Origin: Prasinococcaceae sp. CCMP 1430
Taxonomy: Eukaryota; Plantae; Prasinodermophyta
Length of the DNA stretch: 17,473 bases
Assembly: GCA_013416795.1 (NCBI GenBank)
Contig: RQSC01000918.1
Span: forward strand, 1 to 17,473
Direction of reading: 5' to 3'
Positions 1-7,600 of the stretch are shown here, piece by piece. Position 1 is the stretch's first letter. Each line of letters starts with the position of its first letter. Position numbers and translations under genes: made by a program. The notes beneath the pieces are model-generated. The model did no database searches and was not told where the DNA came from. It was given only the letters and a program-made list of their open reading frames with translations.

Positions 1-79
1 CTGGCACGGCGTGTGCCCTGTAACAGAGCTCGCGCACGCGCAGCGCGGCGGCGCGCGCTGTGGCCAGTTGGCGCGGGTG

Positions 80-200
80 CAGAATTCTCTCAAAGTGACA
101 TGGATACTTAGGCATTCGATTTGACGTGACGCATCGATTATCATATCAAAACTCATTCCATTTTGGGGTCACCACTCCACACATTCAATTTGGGCCGTGC
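80..200. promoter_or_regulatory. AT-rich island, probable promoter of the DUF3754 gene
   Basis: AT-rich patch upstream of the CDS that shares two motifs with the 9651-9709 island. Confidence 0.5.
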
Positions 201-485
201 TCGTATTGCGCCAGAGGCGGCTCGGTCGGCCCCGCTCGGGCGCGCGTTCGAATCGCCGCGCGCGCGCGCAGCCGCGACCAGCGGGACGGGAGGGAGGGTA
301 CCCCCATCCCCCGAGCCCCCCCCCAACCTGCCCCACCCACCCAAACGCACCCACGCTCTCCCCCCACGCCCCCACTTTCCCTCAAGCGTGGTGTCATCCG
401 CACGTCTAGAGAGGCCAGAGGCGTCACGTAGCGCGCCGCCGCCGCCGCCGCCGCCGCCGCAGCCGCCTCCGAGACGCTGCCGGGC

Positions 486-2639
486 ATGCCCTCGCCTGCT
501 CCGGCGACGCTCGCCGCCCCCACCACGGCGTCGTCCACGCCCGCCACCGCCGCCGCGGATGCGCTGCCGGGCATGCCGCAGCTCGGCTCGACGCTGTCGG
601 GCACGCCGCAGCTCGGCTCGACGCTGCCGGGCACGCCGCAGCTCGGCTCGACGCTGCCGGGCACGCCGCAGCTCGGCTTCGCCCCCACCACGGCGTCGTC
701 GACGCCCGCCCCGGCCGCCGAAACGGAGAACAGCAGCAAATTAGCAGCACGAAGAGACCTTACCCCCCCTCCCACCCAACCCCCAACAACCCCGAAAGGC
801 CTGGTCTCGCCGTCGCTCGCTCCGGCGACGCTCGTCACCCCCACCACGGCGTCGTCGACGCCCGCCCCCGCCGCCGCGCAGAAGACAGCAGCAGCACGAA
901 GAGACCTTACGCCCACCCCCACCCACCACCCAACAACCCCGAAAGGCCTGGTCTCGCCCGCGCCTGCGCCGGCGACGCTTGTCGCTCCCACCGCGGCGTC
1001 GTCGACGCCCGCCCCCGCCGCCGCGACAGAGAACAGCAACAAGACAGCGCCGCCTCGAGGCCTCCTGCTCAGGCCCGCGTCGGTGCTGCGCGCGTCGGCG
1101 CGCCACCGCGAGCGCATCACCCCCCCCGGGGTCGTCATGACCCCGGAGGCCGCCAACGGCCTTGAGCGCCGCCGCGAGTGCTTCATCCCCCTCCGCCCCA
1201 ACGACGTCTGCGAGGACCTCATCGCGACGCACCCGGCGTGCGCGACCGGCGACGCAGCCGCGGACGCTCGTGCGCACGCCGACCTGCGCGCGCTGCTCGC
1301 CGCGCTGTCGCTGCGGCTGCGCGTGCGGCTGGAGCGCGACTTCGGCGACTTTCGCGACGGCTACGCGCTGTTCAACCCCGACGTGGACTCGGAGATGCCC
1401 GACGACCCCTCGCGCGGGGGCGTCGAGGGCGACGGGCGCTTCGTCAAGTTCCGCGAGACGCTCTTCGACCTGCTCGACAAGTCCGGGTACATGCGGCTCG
1501 GCGACGCCGAGCTGGCGCGCGCGGCCGAGGCCAAGTCGAAGAGCGGCTTCGACACGCGGCCGCCCAGGGAGGGCAGCTACAAGTTCTTCGTGTTCGGCCG
1601 CGGGCGCTACGAGTGGGAGGGCGTCTTCAAGACGCTGCTCGACCGCGTCCTGTGCAGGGAGGGCCGCGTCGTCCAGAGCCGCTTCTCCCGCCTGTACACC
1701 ATGTTCCGGCTCACCACGCAAGAAGGGGTCGAGGCCGTGCGCGAGGCGCGGCGGGCGGGATCCACGGACCCGGGCCCGCTGCCCAAGGTTTCCACCTCCT
1801 ACTGGTACCTGCGCGTCTTCAAGGACGTCGACGAGCGGGACATAGACATGCTCATCCCGGGCTCGGCGGTGGTGATGTCCAGGCTCGACCTGATCATGAT
1901 CGTGGCGCCAATCATGGTGTCCATCATCAGCGCCATCGTCAAGATACAGACCACGGGCGTCTCCTTCTCCAGCGCGGGCGAGATCACCGCGTCGCTGGCG
2001 CTCATCGTCATGCCGCTCGTGTACGCCTGGAAGGCGTACGACGGCGTGCAGAAAAAGAAGGCGCTGCAGAAGGACGCGCTCAACAATCTGCTGATGCTCT
2101 CAAGCTGCTCGACGCCAACGCAGGCACCCTCTCGCACCTCCTGGACGAGGCGCACGAGCAGGAGGTGCTGGAGGCCTTCCTCGCGTACTTCTTTCTGTGG
2201 GTGCGTGGGCCGCCGACCCGCGCGCCGGCGCCACGCGCCGCGCGCCGGCACGAGGACCGCGCCGGCGCCGCACGCCGCTGACCCGTGCCGCCGCCGACCA
2301 CAGTCGGGCCAGGCGTCCCCGAAGCCGAAGTACCAGCGCGACCTCGACCGCGAGGTCGAGAAGTACCTCGCGAAGGAGCTCAAGGAGATGTCGGCCGGTG
2401 ACGGCCCCGACTTCGCGCACGACGTCGACTTTCAGGTGGGCGACGCCGTCGCGAAGCTCTGGCGCATGGGCATGGTGGAGACGGTCGCGGACGGCGCAGA
2501 CAAGTGCATCATCCAGGCGCAGCCGCTCGCGTCGTGCGTCGAAATGCTCACGGACGGGGACGTGCGCGGAGGAGTCGCAGGCGACGGCGCCAAGGCGGCG
2601 TCAGAGGCCGCTGCTGCGGCGAGGCCTCCGCCGGCCTGA
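486..2639 (+). CDS. DUF3754/TMEM143-family membrane protein with a Pro/Thr/Ala-rich repetitive N-terminus. Model: 486-~2099, 1-nt frameshift, ~2099-2200, intron 2201-2303, 2304-2639 (~680 aa)
   Basis: Family-like motifs: RRECFIPLRPNDV; YLRVFKDVDERDIDMLIPG...MSRLD followed by two hydrophobic helices; KLLDANAGTLSHLLDEAHEQEVLEAFLAYFFLW (in the 1178..2281 frame); DLDREVEKYL...VDFQVGDAVAKLWRMGMV...PL. Coding-like, strongly G/C-ending codons. Confidence 0.85.
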   Translation: MPSPAPATLAAPTTASSTPATAAADALPGMPQLGSTLSGTPQLGSTLPGTPQLGSTLPGTPQLGFAPTTASSTPAPAAETENSSKLAARRDLTPPPTQPPTTPKGLVSPSLAPATLVTPTTASSTPAPAAAQKTAAARRDLTPTPTHHPTTPKGLVSPAPAPATLVAPTAASSTPAPAAATENSNKTAPPRGLLLRPASVLRASARHRERITPPGVVMTPEAANGLERRRECFIPLRPNDVCEDLIATHPACATGDAAADARAHADLRALLAALSLRLRVRLERDFGDFRDGYALFNPDVDSEMPDDPSRGGVEGDGRFVKFRETLFDLLDKSGYMRLGDAELARAAEAKSKSGFDTRPPREGSYKFFVFGRGRYEWEGVFKTLLDRVLCREGRVVQSRFSRLYTMFRLTTQEGVEAVREARRAGSTDPGPLPKVSTSYWYLRVFKDVDERDIDMLIPGSAVVMSRLDLIMIVAPIMVSIISAIVKIQTTGVSFSSAGEITASLALIVMPLVYAWKAYDGVQKKKALQKDALNNLLMLSSCSTPTQAPSRTSWTRRTSRRCWRPSSRTSFCGCVGRRPARRRHAPRAGTRTAPAPHAADPCRRRPQSGQASPKPKYQRDLDREVEKYLAKELKEMSAGDGPDFAHDVDFQVGDAVAKLWRMGMVETVADGADKCIIQAQPLASCVEMLTDGDVRGGVAGDGAKAASEAAAAARPPPA
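492..1050 (+). repeat. Degenerate coding repeats of ~150 bp (PTTASSTPAPAA...RRDLTP...PTTPKGLVSP)
   Basis: A ccccaccacggcgtcgtcgacgcccgcc-like core recurs at about 517, 682, 838 and 985. The block gcagcacgaagagacctta...ccaacaaccccgaaaggcctggtctcgcc occurs twice, 147 bp apart. Confidence 0.9.
561..680 (+). repeat. Coding tandem repeat, 4 x 30 bp (approx. TLPGTPQLGS)
   Basis: Near-identical units of acgctgccgggcacgccgcagctcggctcg start at 561, 591, 621 and 651. Confidence 0.95.
2201..2303 (+). other. Spliceosomal intron (103 nt) of the DUF3754 gene
   Basis: Donor TGG|GTGCGT, branch GCTGAC at 2277-2282, acceptor CACAG|. Splicing joins FFLW to SGQASPKPKYQRDLDREVE in phase 0. Confidence 0.85.
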
Positions 2640-2877
2640 ACGACCGCACCTGGTGCGCTTGGCCGCCGGATCGAGGCGCTCGCCGTTCCCCGTCACGCGC
2701 CCGTGCGTAGGAAATTTTGGCTAGATGTGAACCCTCTTTTCTAAACCCATACACCCACGCTCTTTACCCGTAACTGTCGAAAAGTGCGCTGCGCGGCCGC
2801 TCCGGATCGCATCGCGCGGCGCCGAGGTGGCGCGCCGGGAATGCGGGAATTTCGCAACCGACGTTTGAGCTGCCCGT

Positions 2878-4547
2878 ATGGCCGCGCGGTCTCAACGCGC
2901 GGCCGGAATGGGTCAATTCGGAGGGCTCATCCGTAAAGTGCGCAGAGCGCACCCACCTCGAGCAGTCGCCCCCCCCCCTTCGCGCGCGGCTCCCCGCCTC
3001 CCGGGGCGTGAGGGGGTGAGTGTGTTCGTGGGCTCACGATCGCGGGCGAGGGCGCCACACGATCGCAGGCGCGCGCGGCGGCTGCGTGGGGGCGATGGCG
3101 CTGCGCAAGGCCGCCGCCGCCGCCGCCGCGACGCGCGACGCACGCCGCGCGCTGGCAGCGACGGGCGCGCGGCGGCGCGGATGGCGACGCGACAGGGCGG
3201 CCCGTGGTCTACTGGATGAGCCGTGACGCGCGCGTGGCCGACAACTGGGCGCTTGTGCACGCTGCCGAGGAGGCCGCCGCGCGGAACGCGCCGCTCGCGG
3301 TGGCGTACACCTACGTCGGTCCCATCATCGGCGGTCAGCCTCGCCACCTGCGCTTCATGCTCAAGGGGCTGCGCGCGGTCGAGAAGACGCTGGGGGCGGA
3401 CGGCGTGCCGTTTTTCATGCTCAAGGGCGCCGACCCCGAGGCCACTCTCGCGCCCATGCTGCGCGACGCGGGTGCTGGCCTGCTGGTGACGGACATGTGC
3501 CCGCTGCGCGAGGTGCGCGGGTGGCAGGACCGCGTTACCGCGGCGGTCGGCGGCGCTGTGGAGGTGCACCAGGTCGACGCACACAACGTCGTGCCGGTGT
3601 GGCAGGCGAGCGACAAGGAGGAGTTCGCCGCGCGCACCATTCGCCCGCGCATCAATCGGCAGCTCCACGAATTCCTCGTAGAGATCCCGCCGTACACGCA
3701 GGTGTGCGATCTCGCGCGCCTGCCGAGCTGGCCGGCCGGCGCCCCTGCACCGCCGGCGGTCGACTGGGACGACCTGCTCGATGGGGCGAGTGCGTGTGGC
3801 AGCGTGAAGGAGGTTTCGTGGTGCGAGCCCGGCGAGGCAGCCGCGCGCGCCGCGCTGGACGACTTCCTTCGCCCCGAGCGACTGAAGCTGTACGCGACAA
3901 AGCGCAACGACCCCAACACGCCGCGAGCGTTGAGCGGCCTGAGCCCCTGGCTACGCTTCGGCCACCTCAGCGCGCAGCGCGCAGCGCTCGACGCGGGCAA
4001 GCACCGCGGACGCTTCAAGGACGCAGTGGACTCGTTCCACGAGGAGCTCATAATACGGCGCGAGCTCGCTGACAACTTCGTGTGGTACCAACCTCGCTAC
4101 GACAGCGTGGAAGGCGCCAAGGACTGGGCGAAGACCTCCATCGACGAGCACCGAGGCGACGCGCGCGCGCACCTGTACACGCTGGAACAGCTCGAGGGGC
4201 GCAAGACGCACGACAAGCTGTGGAATGCCGCGCAGCGGGAGATGGCCGTCAGTGGGAAGATGCACGGATACATGCGGATGTACTGGGCCAAGAAGATCCT
4301 CGAGTGGACAGAGAGCACCGAGCAGGCGCTCGAGTTCGGCATCGCCCTGAACGACAAATACTCGCTCGACGGGCGGTGCCCGAACGGCTTCGTCGGCGTC
4401 GCGTGGAGTGTCATGGGCATTCACGACAGGGCGTGGGGCCCTGTGCGCCCCGTATTCGGCAAGGTGCGATACATGAACGACGCTGGCTGCAAACGAAAAT
4501 TCGACGTCCCCGGGTACATTGCGCGCTGCGAGTCCCTCAAGGGCTGA
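2878..4547 (+). CDS. PHR: Class II CPD DNA photolyase. The catalytic region 3195-4547 is secure; the 5' end is uncertain (model 2878-3015 + 3069-4547, 538 aa)
   Basis: Class II photolyase motifs: PVVYWMSRD.R..DNWAL, VDAHNVVPVW.AS.K.E.AARTIR, LSGLSPWLRFGHLSAQR, EELIIRRELADNF, THDKLWNAAQ.EM...GKMHGYMRMYWAKKILEWT, DGR.PNG..G..WS..G.HDRAW, FGKVRYMN..GCKRKFDV..YI. Confidence 0.96.
3016..3068 (+). other. Putative 53-nt intron near the photolyase 5' end
   Basis: Consensus donor GGG|GTGAGT and acceptor CGCAG|. Removal joins the ATG-2878 frame in phase 0 to the photolyase frame. The branch candidate (GCTCAC) is weak. Confidence 0.55.
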
Positions 4548-4638
4548 AGGGACTGTCAGTACTGACAGAGCGAACGGGATTGCTCTCATTAGATGACTTT
4601 CGGGCAGGACGTATCCATTATAAATTCGTATTCTCTGG

Positions 4639-7600
4639 CTATGGCTCACCAGGCGCAGGCTCGGGTGCTGCGGGCGACGACGTCGGCGGTTCCGTCGGCA
4701 CCACGCCAGGTGGCTCCGCAGGGGCACTCGTAGGCGACGCCTCCGTCGGCTGTGCGGCCGGCGATGGCGTGAGCGGTCCCTCTGGCGCAGGTATGGGCCC
4801 GGGCGCAGGCACGGGTACAGGCGCTGCGGGCGACGACGTCGGCGGTTCCGTCGGTACCACGCCAGGTGGCTCCGCAGGGGCGCTCGTAGGCGAGCCCGTC
4901 GGTGACATAGTTGCACTAGGGGACACTGAGACGCCTGTTGGTGACGACGTTGGCGACGCTTGCGGCGATCCGCTACTAGCACTTGGTGACGTCGACGGGG
5001 CACTCGTAGGCGAGCCCGTTGGTGACATAGTTGCACTAGGGGACACTGAGACGCCTGTTGGTGACGTCGTTGGCGACGCTTGCGGCGATGCACTGCTAGC
5101 ACTGGGTGACGTCGACGGGGCACTCGTGGGCGCCCCTGTTGGCATGCTTGCGGGCGAAAGAACGGGTGCAGCAGTGGTAGGTACCGCGGTTGGGGAGTTG
5201 GTAGGGGCTCCAGTCGGAGGCAACACTGGTGGCCGCACAGGCGGCAGCACCGGGGGAAAGACGGGCGGGAAGACAGTTGGAGCCTCCGCAGGTGCCGGTG
5301 TGCTGATGGACGTTGGCGCTTCCGATGGGCTCGCCGTTGGCATCGGCGGGGGAGGTGGGGGGGGCGGGCGCCACATCTGAAACAGTGCCTCCTCGAGCAG
5401 GCTATTGTCGTTCACGTAGTATTCGCCAGCCACGTTTTCGAGGCCTATCACGGCGATGTCAAGCAGCTCGGCATTCTCGGTGACGCGTACAGAGTCGACC
5501 AGAGGCAGCGAGAGGTTGGCGCCCTGTATGAGCATATGCTCCAGAACAGGGTTCTGATGTACGAGGATGGTATCGCTGCGCTCAAATGCCTCCACATAAA
5601 GCGTCCCGGCGAGCTGCATATTCTGCACGACACGGAAGTCGGAGCCCCCGCCTATGCCGCAGAGACGTATCTTAGCGATGTCCAGCGTCTCGAAGCTGTC
5701 GCTACGCACAAGGTCGAAGCCCTCGCCTTCCACGTCGAGGCCCACCGTATCGAGCTGCCCGAAGTCAACGACACCAGCAGCCCTGAGCGGCCGGCCGCTG
5801 CTTCCGTCGCCATTCTCAGTGACATTCACATCTCTTCCCGCGTCGAGGAGGTCGCCCATGAGAAGGGTGTCAAGGACAGGATTGAACTGCACCCACACGT
5901 ACGCTCCGACCGTGCTCAGGCTCCGCGCAGTGACGTTTTGCAGAGACTCATTGTCGATGACGGCGAATTCTTGCCCAACCGCCACGATGCCCGCCATGGA
6001 AAAGCTTGCGACGACAGTATTGTTCGACACGTTGACGTGGCCACCAATCTCGCCTATTGGGTCACTTATCGCTTGGTCGTCCCTGTCGACGCCAACGCCT
6101 CTGACCAGCACGACCGCCAAGGGTGTCTGCAGCGCCTGCACGCGCTCTAACCAGTTGTTGTCGCGTATGGTCAGGTTGCCAGTGATGTTGACGACAGACA
6201 CGACGGCGCAGCCGCCCGAAAGGTCGCCATTGTTTTGCACACGCACGGAGCCTGCGACGAAGGCGACACTGAGGAAAGCTGTCCTGAAGCGGTGCGATTC
6301 CTCCACCACGACATCGAAGTCTGTCTCCAACGAGCGCCCAATGACGGCATCGCCTGCCGTTGCCGCAGTGTTGTTTTGCGAGGGCACGATGGTATTGTTG
6401 CGGACGAGGACGCCTTCCGGGCCGACCACACGCGACAATCGATCCATGCGTAGGACCGCCAAGGCGTTGCGTTCGCACAAAACTCCTACCGCGCCGACGT
6501 GCGTGAGCGTCGCCATGAGCAGCGTGTCGAGTAGCACATTATCGGTCACAGACACGGCCCCGCCGATCACGAGTGTCGAGGGGTTGTCATTGTTCCCGAA
6601 GGACGCGCTCACCATGGCAGCGTTCAAGAAAATGGTGACGTTCCCCGTGATATTTGCAGGCTGCTCATTGCCGTTCATGGATACTGCTGGCAGCGATACC
6701 TCCAGCAGGCCCATCGCGACATTCCGCTGCACGATCAGCATGCCCATAACAAGCCGCAGGCCTGTGACGTACGTGCCATCACCCAGCTTGTCATTATCTT
6801 GCACGATGAAGTCATCAGCAGTAGTTCGAATGCCCAGGCGCAGCTCGGCGAACGCCTCATTCGACTCGACGCTCACGGCGCCGCCGACGTCGGCGCCGCT
6901 CGACGCGCCCACCGTGCAGCTGCCTGGCGTGGCAGCAGAGTCGTCGGCGGCATCCGCGCCGTTCCCCTCCACCCTGATGGAGCCGCCCACGCTCGCCAGC
7001 GAGCGGACGTCCAGCGTCAACAGCCGTGGGTTCGAGAGCACGTCGAGGACGCCGCCCACGCTTTGAAGGCCCGCGAGCGTGGCGTTCTCCAGGACGGCGT
7101 TTGACGTCACGCTGACGTTGGCTCCGACCGTCACGCAGCTCAGGGATAGGAGCGTTGCGGCAGGGTTGTTGCTGACCGCCACGTAGCCGCCCACCGCGAA
7201 CGGCGCGGCCTCAAAGGTGGCGCGCTCCATCAGCGTGTTGTTCTGCACGGACACGTTGCCGTCGATGGTGCGCGTCTGCGAGCCGCCGACCGGAAGGCTG
7301 ACCTCGAGGAGGGCGATGGCGTTATCAAGGACGTCGAAGCTCCCGCCCACGGCCTGCACCCCCGACACGAACACGCCGTCCGAGACGCCCGTGTTGCGCA
7401 GGACCTCAACGGCGCCCTCCGTAGTGCCAATTCCCAGGCGCAGCTCGGCGAACGCCTCATTCGACTCGACGCTCACGGCGCCGCCGACGTCGGCGCCGCT
7501 CGACGCGCCCACCGTGCAGCTGCCTGGCGTGGCAGCAGAGTCGTCGGCGGCATCCGCGCCGTTCCCCTCCACCCTGATGGAGCCGCCCACGCTCGCCAGC

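Noticed and set aside
754-955. Two 55-bp A/C-rich modules bounded by GAGACC...GGTCTC inverted repeats, each with a CC-GAAA-GG hairpin; considered as a MITE, hammerhead ribozyme or cloning (BsaI) scar
   Set aside because: The inverted repeats are only 6 bp, there is no target-site duplication and no CUGANGA core, and both copies are explained by the coding repeat duplication.
561-1050. CRISPR-like repeat array
   Set aside because: The repeats are contiguous or have related spacers, keep the reading frame and lie in a eukaryotic CDS. No cas genes are present.
185-2420. Long antisense ORFs over gene 1 (e.g. 185-1222, 741-1721, 1799-2383)
   Set aside because: These are shadow ORFs expected from very high GC and codon bias, with no recognisable domains.
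4369-4395. Photolyase DGRCPNGF instead of the usual DGRDPNGY as a sign of altered function
   Set aside because: The key Asn and the surrounding FAD-binding and Trp motifs are intact, so an isolated substitution is not enough evidence.
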